Source: Corallococcus soli (GTDB lineage Bacteria; Myxococcota; Myxococcia; Myxococcales; Myxococcaceae). Taken from it: a DNA stretch of 64,000 nucleotides. The notes under the pieces are model-generated. The model searched no databases and was not told the DNA's origin. It worked only from the letters and a program-made list of their open reading frames with translations. Below are positions 55,525-64,000 of the stretch, one piece after another. The position numbers and the translations under genes were made by a program. The DNA is taken from positions 32,367 to 96,366 of the forward strand of contig NZ_JAAIYO010000008.1 of the NCBI RefSeq assembly GCF_014930455.1. Direction: 5' to 3'. The first letter of the stretch is position 1. Each line of letters begins with the position of its first letter.

Positions 55525-56931
55525 TCAGTTCTCAGCCAGGCTGAACGCGGACACGCGGCCATCCGGCACGAATGCCACCGTGTAGCGCCAGGTCGCGGAA
55601 CCGAACGGCACCAGGTACGTGTAGTAGCGGTCATCGCCTCGCGTCTCCCGCTTCGCCAGCACCAGCGGTCCCGCCGGTCCCAGGCTTTGCAGGATGCCCT
55701 GGTAGTACGGTCCGGCCTCCGCCACGAACCACCAGGGGACGTACGCGAACATGGTCGGATCCCATGCTCCGGCCCGGGTCTGCTCGAGCAGCGTCGTCAG
55801 CCGCGCGGTGACCTGCGGCTCCAGGTCCGGAATGGGCTTCAGCGGCGGCACGGCGAGCGCGGGATTGACGATCTTCGCGATGCCTTCCACGACGGCCCCG
55901 GGGCTTGCCTGGCTCAGGTTGGCCAGCACGATGATGGACAGCTCATCGCCCAGGAACCGGGAGTAGGCCGACTTGAAGCCCTGCCACGCTCCCGTGTGCG
56001 CATGCATCGGCTTGCCGTTCCGCTCCTTCACCTCCCACCCGAAGCCATAGGGGTACGAGGCCCCGCTGTTGAGCTTCGCGGGTGACAGCATCTCCCTCCA
56101 GCTCGCTCGCGTCAGGATGGCTCGCTCATCCACGACCTCCTCCCAGGCCAGCAGGTCCTTCACGGAGAAATAGAGCGACCCGTCCCCCGTCGTGTTGAGC
56201 GAAGGCGAAACCCACGACTGGTTCTTCACCACGCCGCCGATCATCTGGTAGCCGGCCGCGCGGTTCGGGATGACGTCCTCCTCGCTGATACCACGCGCCG
56301 TCTTCATGCCCGCGGGCTTGAACACCTGACGGCCCAGGACCTCCTGATACGTGGAGTGGGTGACACGGTTCGTCAGGATGCCCAGCAGCACGTAGCCGGA
56401 GTTGCTGTAGCTGAACCGCAGGCCCGCGGGGAAATCCAGCGGCAGGCCGTAGATGAGCTTCGCGAAATCGTCGTCCGAGTAGTCCTTCCGGTTGTCGATC
56501 TGTCCTTCCAGATCCTGGATGCCCGACGTGTGCGTCAGCAGGTGGCGCACCGTGATGGGAGCCCAGGTGGCGGGCGCGTCGGGGAAGTACTTCGTGATGC
56601 TGTCGGACAGCGACACACGGCCCGCCTCCACCTGGAGCATCACCGCCGTCGCGGTGAACATCTTCCCCAGGGAGCCCGCCTGGAAGAGGGTGTCCGTCCC
56701 GGCAGGGACCTGGTGCTCCAGGTTCGCGGAGCCGTACCCCTTCACCAGCACGACCCGGCCGCGGTGCACGACGCCCACGGCGAGACCGGGCACGCCCTGC
56801 CGCTTCTGCTCCGCGCGGACGTAGGCGTCGATCCGGTCTCGGAGCGAGTCGTGCGCCACGGCGGGGCGACCCGTGAGCAGGCCCAGGATGAAGACCGCCA
56901 GCAATGAAAAGGATTGCAGGGAACCGCGCAT
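55525..56931 (-). CDS. secreted serine hydrolase of the beta-lactamase/PBP (class C-like) family
   Basis: A signal peptide is present. SxxK appears as FQAGSLGKMFTA. YxN and a downstream KTG-like region are present. Confidence 0.8.
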   Translation of the reverse strand: MRGSLQSFSLLAVFILGLLTGRPAVAHDSLRDRIDAYVRAEQKRQGVPGLAVGVVHRGRVVLVKGYGSANLEHQVPAGTDTLFQAGSLGKMFTATAVMLQVEAGRVSLSDSITKYFPDAPATWAPITVRHLLTHTSGIQDLEGQIDNRKDYSDDDFAKLIYGLPLDFPAGLRFSYSNSGYVLLGILTNRVTHSTYQEVLGRQVFKPAGMKTARGISEEDVIPNRAAGYQMIGGVVKNQSWVSPSLNTTGDGSLYFSVKDLLAWEEVVDERAILTRASWREMLSPAKLNSGASYPYGFGWEVKERNGKPMHAHTGAWQGFKSAYSRFLGDELSIIVLANLSQASPGAVVEGIAKIVNPALAVPPLKPIPDLEPQVTARLTTLLEQTRAGAWDPTMFAYVPWWFVAEAGPYYQGILQSLGPAGPLVLAKRETRGDDRYYTYLVPFGSATWRYTVAFVPDGRVSAFSLAEN

Positions 56932-57180
56932 GAGCACTCCTAGCGCCTGGACAGCCATTGTCCACGGCGCCCCCAGGAGAGCACCCTGGTCCCCACCGCG
57001 TGAAGGCAATACGAGACAATCCGTCCGTTCTTCGTTCTCGGGCTGAGGTCAAACGGCGGTGCTGAAGCAAGCGGTTCGAACACGACCCATCTGGGGGCTC
57101 GACAATCCGGTGCGGTACACCTGCCGCACGGTCTGGTCGGAGGATTGACGCGTCGACATCCGGGGCGCTAGGCCGGGGCG

Positions 57181-58311
57181 ATGGGCCTCTTTCTCTTCCT
57201 TGCGGTCTCAGTCGTCGTGTCAGCGCCGGACGCGGGAGCAACAGCCGGGGCCGAAGCTCGCGCGGCGGTGGCCTCGTGCACGCTGCCTTCCTTCCTGGAG
57301 GAGGCCTCTGGGACGACGGCGGAGCTCGTGGAGACCCCAGCCGGCCGGGCCGTCCGCCTCCGCGAGACGCATGGTCCCTCGGGCTCCGGCAAGTACGTGA
57401 CGCAGCGGCTGTGGCTCATCTTCCCGAAGACGTGTCGGACCGTGGCGCTCCAGATGGAGTGCGCGGGGGGCAACCCGGATTGCTCGGCCATGTTCATCCA
57501 CCGTCCGGGCCAGCCGCCCACGAACCCGGAGCGCGAACTGCTGCTGTCATGGCTGGGCGGGGCCCGACTCGATCCGAAGAAGCCTGAGCATCAGTCCGCC
57601 AGCGCTCCAGCACTCGCGCCCCTTCCTTCCATGCCGGAAGAGGACTTTGACGAAGAGCCCCCCGCGCGCACCCGGGGGGCAAAGACGCTCCCTGCCTCCT
57701 TCAGCGTGCGGGCCGTGACGCAGCCGCCTCCGCGATGGTCGCGGGGGCTCCCCGTGGCGCAATCCCTCTCATGGGCCGACTCGGACATCTTCGCCGAGGA
57801 GGAAGACGCCTCCTCCAGCGCGCCACGGGGATTCGTGACCTCCGGCCGCTTCCATTCCGTCCACCGGGGCGACTGCTGCATTCGTGAGGACGCGGTGCGG
57901 GAGGTCGGCGCCCAACGCCTGCGCTTCTTCTCCAGCCCGAGCCGCCCCATCCAGAAGATGACGTACGTGGTGCTGGAGCAGCCGAAGCGCCACCGCTCGG
58001 CATGGCTCGCGGCGTCCGGGAGTGGCCTGAAGCTGCTGGGGATGCACCGGGGCCGGGCCTGGCTGAATGTGCCCGTCTTCATGGACCCGGGCTTCTCCCT
58101 GTTGGCCGTCGACCTGGAGTCGGGGGCCGCGTGGCATCTGGGCCTGGAACGCACGGACACGTTCGACCCTGATGCGTACCTGCCGCGCGAGGTGACGCGG
58201 GAGGGCCTGCTGCTCGAACCCGTCGACGGGGAAGAGGCTGGCCCCCGGAAGACGGTGCCCTGGGCGCTGCTGGAGCGTGCCCTTCGTGACGCCCGCCCCC
58301 CCGCGAAGTGA
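57181..58311 (+). CDS. hypothetical secreted protein
   Basis: Signal peptide MGLFLFLAVSVVVSAP is present. No recognised domain. Confidence 0.45.
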   Translation: MGLFLFLAVSVVVSAPDAGATAGAEARAAVASCTLPSFLEEASGTTAELVETPAGRAVRLRETHGPSGSGKYVTQRLWLIFPKTCRTVALQMECAGGNPDCSAMFIHRPGQPPTNPERELLLSWLGGARLDPKKPEHQSASAPALAPLPSMPEEDFDEEPPARTRGAKTLPASFSVRAVTQPPPRWSRGLPVAQSLSWADSDIFAEEEDASSSAPRGFVTSGRFHSVHRGDCCIREDAVREVGAQRLRFFSSPSRPIQKMTYVVLEQPKRHRSAWLAASGSGLKLLGMHRGRAWLNVPVFMDPGFSLLAVDLESGAAWHLGLERTDTFDPDAYLPREVTREGLLLEPVDGEEAGPRKTVPWALLERALRDARPPAK

Positions 58312-58382
58312 TGCAGGCCGGCGCCCCCGGGCGTTCTTCTTGGCGGACCGCTATCCTGCTTCGCCATCCCACAGGAGCCCCC

Positions 58383-59189
58383 ATGCCCAAGAGCATCTTC
58401 CGAGCCGGTTCGGGTCCTTCGCTTCCGCCCAAGCGCAAGGACGACAGCATCACCCCTTCCACGCCGGGCCCCGTGCAGGAGGGGCCCGCGCAAAAGAAGC
58501 AGCGCACCCAGGGGCCCGCCGCCGGGCCGCAGCCCACCGTGCAGAAGCCGCCCACGGACCCCTCGATGCATGCCGCCTACGACAAGATGGCGCACGAGGA
58601 GATGCTGAAGAATCCCAAGTACAAGCAGCTGGCGGATGATGCGGCCACGGCCCAGGACAAGCCCGTCAACATCAGCACGATGACCCAGGTCCAGGGCGGC
58701 ATGTTCTATCCAGGGAAGGGGCAGGTCGGATTGCGGCCAGACTTCACGGGCCCCAAGCGCGCCAGCGTCATGGCCTTCGAGCTGACCAACGTCGCCCAGC
58801 AGAGCAAGTTCAAGAAGGTGAGGGAGGATGCCTTCCAGACGGAGATCAACGCGGCGCTGGGAAAGAACGTCGTGGGCGGTGACCTGAACGCCCGGCGGGA
58901 GAACTTCGCCAAGAGCATGGAGCGCATTGAATACAACGGCATCCAGCGCCACCACGAGGTGATGAAGGACGGCATCCAGAACCAGGGCTGGCCCAAGGAG
59001 ATGGACCGGTTCGGCAAGCGGCTGGAGGGCGCGGACCCCAGCTTCGACAGCTACTGGAAGCGCCAGAACGACAAGGATACCAAGACGGGCAAGAGCCACT
59101 CGGACGTGTATCGCGCCCAGTTCGACAACATTCACGCCAAGGCCGCGGAGCTGGTGGAGAAGAGCAAGCAGCAGCAGGGCGTGAAGTAG
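58383..59189 (+). CDS. hypothetical Lys-rich cytoplasmic protein
   Basis: A 268 aa ORF from ATG 58383. Composition is unusually Lys/Gln/Asn-rich for this genome, with a basic PKRK...KKQR N-terminus. No signal peptide. Confidence 0.45.
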   Translation: MPKSIFRAGSGPSLPPKRKDDSITPSTPGPVQEGPAQKKQRTQGPAAGPQPTVQKPPTDPSMHAAYDKMAHEEMLKNPKYKQLADDAATAQDKPVNISTMTQVQGGMFYPGKGQVGLRPDFTGPKRASVMAFELTNVAQQSKFKKVREDAFQTEINAALGKNVVGGDLNARRENFAKSMERIEYNGIQRHHEVMKDGIQNQGWPKEMDRFGKRLEGADPSFDSYWKRQNDKDTKTGKSHSDVYRAQFDNIHAKAAELVEKSKQQQGVK

Positions 59190-59456
59190 CCCGGGCCGGC
59201 TTTCAGCGGCATGTGGGGGACCGCGCCTCGGTTTGTAGATGGAGGAGGGGCCTTCACGTCCTCCAGGACCACGCTCCAGTCGAGCGTGCCTTCATGGGGC
59301 GTGGTCTTGCTGTACTGACGTTGTAGGCGTCCAGGTGGAGTTGCCCGGAGCCTGCGTCGTTTTTGGTGAAAAGTGTGCAGGGAGAGTGACAGTTTCTGGT
59401 GGCAGGGGTGTTCGTCCTTCCGATAAGGCCCCGCGGGCGACCGTCGTCACTCCGCC

Positions 59457-60011
59457 ATGAAAGTGCGATCCCCCATGTCTCCTCAATCCGGGCTCGGCAG
59501 CCTCGCTGCCGTCGCGCTGACGACCGTCGCGACCCTGGCCTCCGCGGCCGGGGCGCCCCTCCCATCGCAGTCCGCCTTCTTCCTGTCCCGCAGCGAGAAC
59601 CGGAACCAGGTCCACTACGCCCTGCGCCTGGACGAGGACTGCCGCCCCGTGGGGACGCGTCCCGTGCAGGTGTACTGGCGGATGTTGGAGCGCGGGACGT
59701 CGGAGGTGGAGGAGCTGCTGGGGGTCGAGCAACCCGTGTATGGGCTGGAGGACCCGCAGCCGGTCGAAGCCACCGCGGAGGGCTGGCGGGTGCGGGTGCG
59801 CCTGCGGGCCTTTCCCTCGCGCCCCATCGACATCACCACCGCGCGTGTCGGCGGCATTTGTCAGGTCCAGGCGTGGACGAAGCTGGGCAACAGCGTCTGC
59901 CGACTGGAGCACGTCTTCGTGAAGACGTCCTGGCCCTTCTCGGTCGATTTCGTGCGGTTGGATGGTGTGGGACCGGAAGGGCAGCCAGTCCATGAACTGA
60001 TTCGCGAGTGA
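59457..60011 (+). CDS. hypothetical secreted protein
   Basis: A signal peptide is followed by a 160 aa domain. No recognised motif. Confidence 0.45.
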   Translation: MKVRSPMSPQSGLGSLAAVALTTVATLASAAGAPLPSQSAFFLSRSENRNQVHYALRLDEDCRPVGTRPVQVYWRMLERGTSEVEELLGVEQPVYGLEDPQPVEATAEGWRVRVRLRAFPSRPIDITTARVGGICQVQAWTKLGNSVCRLEHVFVKTSWPFSVDFVRLDGVGPEGQPVHELIRE

Positions 60012-60089
60012 GGTGAGGTTCCCCGCCCATGGCGAACCGAGCCCGTCTTGTGATTCGATGCCGCTCAACTCCTCAAGGAGAGACACGTC

Positions 60090-60470
60090 ATGAAGAGCTT
60101 CCTGGGTGTGCTGACGGTGCTCGTGGTCCCGGTGCTGGTGGCCTGTGGTGGATTGGAGCCTGTCGAGGCGCCGGAGCTGGAGCAGCAGTCGAGCGCCCTC
60201 GTCACGTGCTCACAGACCTGTCCGAATGGCTCGACCGTGTCTTGTGAGGGGAACACCTGTTCGGTGCAGTCGAACTCCGTCGAGTGCGATGGCTTCTACA
60301 GGATCTGTCTCCCATCCACCCCCATCTGTGGGCTGAACAATCGCTGCAGCAAGATCGCGGGGACCCCGTGTTCGCCCGTTGGCGCGACGCGGAGTTGCTG
60401 TCTGACGGGCCACCCCAATCCCAATTGCTTCTGTACACCCCTTGGCACCTGGGCCTGCAGCGCGTTGTGA
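60090..60470 (+). CDS. small Cys-rich secreted lipoprotein (18 Cys in 126 aa)
   Basis: The lipobox is PVLVAC. The mature 100 aa carry 17 Cys in CxxC/CxC spacing (CSQTCPNGSTVSCEGNTCSVQ...CFCTPLGTWAC). Confidence 0.55.
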   Translation: MKSFLGVLTVLVVPVLVACGGLEPVEAPELEQQSSALVTCSQTCPNGSTVSCEGNTCSVQSNSVECDGFYRICLPSTPICGLNNRCSKIAGTPCSPVGATRSCCLTGHPNPNCFCTPLGTWACSAL

Positions 60471-60519
60471 TGCCCAGGGGACGTAACGCGCGTCACGCGG
60501 CCCGCGATGTCCCTGCCGC

Positions 60520-61392
60520 GTGAGCACCCCCCTCCTCACCCTGCTGGCCCTCCTGGGCTTCGCCGCGAACTCGCTGCTGTGCCGCGCGGCCCTCTCGGGT
60601 GGCGCGGCGCGCAGCATCGACGCGGGTTCGTTCACGCTGGTGCGGCTTGCGTCGGGAGCGCTGGTGCTCGCGCTGCTGCTGCGGCTCCGGCGGGGAGGCC
60701 GCGGGGCGACGGGGCACGGGAGCTGGGCCTCGGCGCTCGCGCTCTTCGCGTATGCGGCCGGCTTCAGCTTCGCGTACGTGCGCATCGGGGCGGGCGTGGG
60801 CGCCCTGCTGCTCTTCGGTTGCGTGCAGCTCACCATGCTCGCGGCAGGGCTCGCGCGCGGTGAGCGGCCGAGCACGCTCGAGTGGGTGGGGCTCGCGGTG
60901 GCGCTCGTGGGACTCACGGGGCTCACGCTTCCTGGGGCGAGCGCGCCGGATGCGCTCGGCGCGGGGCTCATGGCCGTGGCGGGCGTGGCGTGGGGCATCT
61001 ACAGCCTGCGGGGGCGTGGGAGCACGGACCCCCTCGCGGCGACGGCCGGCAACTTCGTGCGCAGCGTTCCGCTGGCCCTGGCGCTCGTGATGTTGGCCCG
61101 CGCTCTGGACGTGGCCCCACACCCGTCGTCGAAGGGGCTGCTGCTCGCGGTTGCGTCAGGCGCGCTCGCCTCGGGCGTGGGCTACAGCCTCTGGTACGCA
61201 GCGCTGCCCCACCTGAGCAGCGCGCGCGCGGCGGTGGTGCAGCTGTGCGTCCCGGTCATCGCGGCGGTGGGCGCGGTGCTGCTGCTCGGAGAGCCCCTCA
61301 CCCAGCGGTTGCTCCTGGGGGGCGCCGCGCTGCTCGCGGGCGTTCTGCTGAGCCTGCGTGCGAAGCAGCGTCCTGCTCCGGCGAAACGCTGA
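60520..61392 (+). CDS. EamA/DMT-family transporter
   Basis: Ten predicted TM helices form two EamA repeats (FAANSLLCRAAL... and ...WGIYSLRGRG). Confidence 0.8.
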   Translation: MSTPLLTLLALLGFAANSLLCRAALSGGAARSIDAGSFTLVRLASGALVLALLLRLRRGGRGATGHGSWASALALFAYAAGFSFAYVRIGAGVGALLLFGCVQLTMLAAGLARGERPSTLEWVGLAVALVGLTGLTLPGASAPDALGAGLMAVAGVAWGIYSLRGRGSTDPLAATAGNFVRSVPLALALVMLARALDVAPHPSSKGLLLAVASGALASGVGYSLWYAALPHLSSARAAVVQLCVPVIAAVGAVLLLGEPLTQRLLLGGAALLAGVLLSLRAKQRPAPAKR

Positions 61393-61555
61393 CGGGCACG
61401 CCAGCCTTGGCTGGGCCCGGCAGTGGCCCTGATCTCAAACGCTGAGACCGCTCCGCGCGGAGATTTTCAGTGACATCGCGGTTTCCCAGGTAAGCCTTGA
61501 CCGGCACCCTCGTCCGCTGTTGCATCAGCGCCTCACCAGCGAAAAGGAGTGTCAT

Positions 61556-61816
61556 ATGTCTCTTCGTGGGATCGCGATGTTCGCCGTCGTCTCTGTCTTT
61601 GGAATGGGCTGTGGTGGCGCTGAAGTGACGGACGGTGCCGAGAGCGGTGTGCAGCCCGGTCAGGTTTCCGCGGAGCTCGCCAACAGCTGTGAGACGCTCC
61701 AGACGCGCCGCTGTAGCCCGGGGGCGGAGACGGGCTGCCAGTGGGCCAATGGCACCTATGGCGAGTGCTTCTGCCAGGAGATCCCCGCCAACAAGTGGGT
61801 CTGCTTGAGCAACTGA
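61556..61816 (+). CDS. small Cys-rich secreted lipoprotein (8 Cys in mature 65 aa)
   Basis: The RBS AAAAGGAG lies 7 nt before ATG 61556. The lipobox is VFGMGC. Cysteine spacing is CETLQTRRCSPGAETGCQWANGTYGECFCQEIPANKWVC. Confidence 0.55.
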   Translation: MSLRGIAMFAVVSVFGMGCGGAEVTDGAESGVQPGQVSAELANSCETLQTRRCSPGAETGCQWANGTYGECFCQEIPANKWVCLSN

Positions 61817-61920
61817 GGTCCCCGCGGCAACCGCCCCTGGCTGGGAATGCCCTGTGAGGGGCGGCGTGTCGCCGCCTCCTTGCAGCAGTGCCACCGGAGG
61901 GTGGTGGGCATCCGCGGGGC

Positions 61921-62442
61921 CTACGGGTCCGGCGGCAGCAGCGCACGGGCAACGTCCAGGACGTGCTGGAGCTGCGTCTCCGTCATCTTCAGGTGCACGG
62001 CCGCGACGGCGACGTCCTCGGGCGGAAAGGCGCGCATGGAGCGCGGGGTGAACCAGTTGAAGAGGGTGACGATGCCGCGCACCAGGGCCGAGCGGGTGAA
62101 CACGGCCGTGGGCGGAATGGCGAAGCCCTTGGGCACCTTGTTGAGCGCCTGCTGGCGCTGGGCGGCATTGGGGCCGGGCCCCTCCGCCAGCACGAGCTGC
62201 GCGGTGCCGGTGCCCTGGAAGGCGTCGATGAGCGCGCAGTAGTGCTCCCACTCGTCCTGGGCGGGCGGCTGCGAGTTGTGCGCCACCACCAGCACGGTGC
62301 CCACCATGGCTGTGCCCATCGTGCGGCCCTTGAACGCGCCCTGCACATCCGGCGCGCGGAGCGCCGCCACGGAGTCACCCGGCCCAGGAGATGGGGTCAT
62401 GCGGGGAATGCTCACCTGGAAGCCGCGAGTGTCACCACTCAC
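61921..62442 (-). CDS. hypothetical protein
   Basis: An ORF with GC3-rich codons downstream of and co-oriented with the 390-aa Gly/Ala-rich gene. The start is uncertain. Confidence 0.35.
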   Translation of the reverse strand: MSGDTRGFQVSIPRMTPSPGPGDSVAALRAPDVQGAFKGRTMGTAMVGTVLVVAHNSQPPAQDEWEHYCALIDAFQGTGTAQLVLAEGPGPNAAQRQQALNKVPKGFAIPPTAVFTRSALVRGIVTLFNWFTPRSMRAFPPEDVAVAAVHLKMTETQLQHVLDVARALLPPDP

Positions 62443-62510
62443 CGCCAGTGCGCCTCCGCGTCAGTGAATGCGCGAGCGGCGGGAATTGAACCCGCCGCCG
62501 CCCGGGCACG

Positions 62511-63683
62511 TCACGACCTGTGGAAGGCCTTGGCGAAGAACTTCTCGACGCCTGACTTCTCGGGCTCGATGGCGAGCGACGGTGCGGGCGCGCCCATGGC
62601 GCCGGAGAGGGCGGGACGCAGCCCCGACGCGATGCCCGGCTTGACGTGGTGACGCAGGTCGAGCGCCACGTCGGACTTCACGTGGGTGCCCACGCCCAGG
62701 GCGGTGTTCACGTCCGCGGAGTGCTTGAGGAAGCCGTTCTCCAGGCCCACCTTGCCGCCCGCCTGGGCCGCCGCGCCCGCCACCGCGCCCGCGGTGACCG
62801 AGCCGTGCAGCCGGCCCACGTGCCCGCCCGCCGTGGCGTAAGCCCCCGCCGTGGCGCCCGCGCCCACCTGCCCTGAGAGCATCGCCGTGGCCGTCTTCGG
62901 GTCCAGGGTGGCGACGCCCTCGGCGAAGGCGGAGGCGGAGGCCTTCGCTTCACCCTTCACGTAGCCGCCCACGTGCCGGTTGAAGTCATGGTTCGCGCTC
63001 GCCGTGACGCCCACGCCCGTCTCCGCCTTGGCCGTCAACGCGGCGGTGTATGCGTGCTCGTTCCTGTCGAGCGACACCCCGGCCTGGGCCTGGCCCTTGA
63101 AGGTGTTGGCCTCGCCGGTGAGCTGGGCGCTGGACACGCCGAAGCGGCCCGCGTGCGTCTTCTGCAGCTCGTAGGAGGCGTGGGGCCCCTGCACCTCGGC
63201 CTGGGCCGAGTAGTGGTGCACGCCATTGCCGTTGTGGCTGGTGGTGGAGGCCTGCATCGAGCCCACGTTGCCGCTCAGCCGGCCACCGCCGAAGGTGTCC
63301 TTCTGGAAGGGGCGACCCGGCTTGTCGACGAACATGTTCTGCTTCGCGGTCGGGGGCGCCGTGAGCTTGTTGTCACCACCGCTCACCGCCACGTCCGAAG
63401 CCTGGCCCGTGGTCCGCTCCCAGGGGCTGTAGGAAGGCGCCCCCTCCGGCGCGCCCGCGTGCTTCACCGGCTTGGGCTCCACGGCCGTGGGCGTGCTCGC
63501 GGCGGGCAATGTCGTGGCCGTGGGCTTGTGGGCCGTCGCGGCGGGCGTCGTCACCGCGGGCTTCGCGGCCGGCGTCGCGGCGGGCAGCGTCGATGCGCGC
63601 GCCGGCGGCCTGGGCTGGGACACCGTGGAGGTCGGCAGGGTGGAGGAGCGGGGAAGGGTCGAACCAACGCGGCGAACAGGCAT
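62511..63683 (-). CDS. hypothetical Pro/Thr-rich then Gly/Ala-rich protein
   Basis: A 390 aa protein. The N-terminal 80 aa are Pro/Thr/Ala-rich (TLPAATPAAKPAVTTPAATAHKPTATTLPAAS). The rest is a Gly/Ala/His-rich low-complexity domain. No signal peptide is detected. Confidence 0.45.
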   Translation of the reverse strand: MPVRRVGSTLPRSSTLPTSTVSQPRPPARASTLPAATPAAKPAVTTPAATAHKPTATTLPAASTPTAVEPKPVKHAGAPEGAPSYSPWERTTGQASDVAVSGGDNKLTAPPTAKQNMFVDKPGRPFQKDTFGGGRLSGNVGSMQASTTSHNGNGVHHYSAQAEVQGPHASYELQKTHAGRFGVSSAQLTGEANTFKGQAQAGVSLDRNEHAYTAALTAKAETGVGVTASANHDFNRHVGGYVKGEAKASASAFAEGVATLDPKTATAMLSGQVGAGATAGAYATAGGHVGRLHGSVTAGAVAGAAAQAGGKVGLENGFLKHSADVNTALGVGTHVKSDVALDLRHHVKPGIASGLRPALSGAMGAPAPSLAIEPEKSGVEKFFAKAFHRS

Positions 63684-63943
63684 GGGAGGCGCCTCAGGAG
63701 GTACAGCGAAGGGGACTGAACAGCGATGTCCCCTCCGATTGCATCCGACATGCCATGCCCATGTGGCGCGGTGTGGCCAATGCCCGCCTGTGGTTTCAGG
63801 CGGTTGGCGGGAGGGGGCTCGTGGGGGCGGTGAGGGGGGCTGATGACCGCGGTCACCAGGAGGATGGCGCCAGTCACCATGGCGCCCGCGCCGGTTGTCC
63901 TCCGGGGGCTGACGTCTCTCGGCCAGCCCGCCCCGGTCGCCGG

Positions 63944-64000
63944 TCAGTAGAGGACGTAGGCGGCCGTACCGCTGCAGCTCGTGTTGCTGAAGCAGCCGAC
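63944..64000 (-). CDS. C-terminal fragment of a minus-strand gene continuing beyond the window (Cys-containing ...CFSNTSCSGTAAYVLY*)
   Basis: Open frame from the window edge to TGA at 63944-63946. Confidence 0.3.
   Translation of the reverse strand, partial: VGCFSNTSCSGTAAYVLY

Noticed and set aside
1-64000. CRISPR arrays, rRNA and tRNA genes
   Set aside because: No regularly spaced direct repeats with unique spacers were seen. The only tandem repeats are coding (33440-33710, 1770-1860). No rRNA- or tRNA-like segments were seen.

Overview
This window is high-GC (about 68-70%) chromosomal DNA that looks myxobacterial. The evidence is a MYXO-CTERM sorting signal, a Tad/Kil-like pilus module, DivIVA, and many secreted proteases and lipoproteins. 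About 60 protein-coding genes are supported; no rRNA, tRNA or CRISPR array was seen.

Layout:
- 1-8.2 kb: a Tad/Flp-type secretion module (a 5'-truncated CpaC-like secretin, an FHA-fused CpaF-type ATPase, a tandem-FHA membrane protein), followed by polA.
- 8.5-29.7 kb: mostly housekeeping or conserved genes. These include DivIVA, YggU, an RDD/SpoIIM-like pair, a LuxR-type regulator, an orphan MbtH-like protein, a macro-like/NDT-like fusion next to a cytoplasmic metzincin, prolyl oligopeptidase, PBP4, and a split RdgC-like pair.
- 30.8-33.1 kb: the standout feature. A full-length homologue of the eukaryotic major vault protein (MVP), with MVP repeats, shoulder, cap-helix and cap-ring. It is 765 aa, about 3 repeat domains shorter than human MVP, and carries host-like GC and codon usage.
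- 33.2-35.9 kb: a translationally coupled pair, a lipoprotein with a DNA-level 18-bp tandem repeat plus a MYXO-CTERM HExxH protein.
- 36.0-39.7 kb: a scar of IS5-, IS3- and IS30-like fragments enclosing a lower-GC two-gene secreted-protein/lipoprotein cargo.
- 39.8-64 kb: an extended PhhA with a LysR regulator, an SDR, a Kelch-propeller lipoprotein, aminopeptidase N, a P450-ABM operon with a divergent ArsR regulator, Hsp20, PhzF, a beta-lactamase-family hydrolase, several small cysteine-rich secreted lipoproteins, and several compositionally unusual hypothetical proteins.

Many long ORFs in the six-frame track on the opposite strand of real genes are antisense artefacts of high-GC DNA and were not called.
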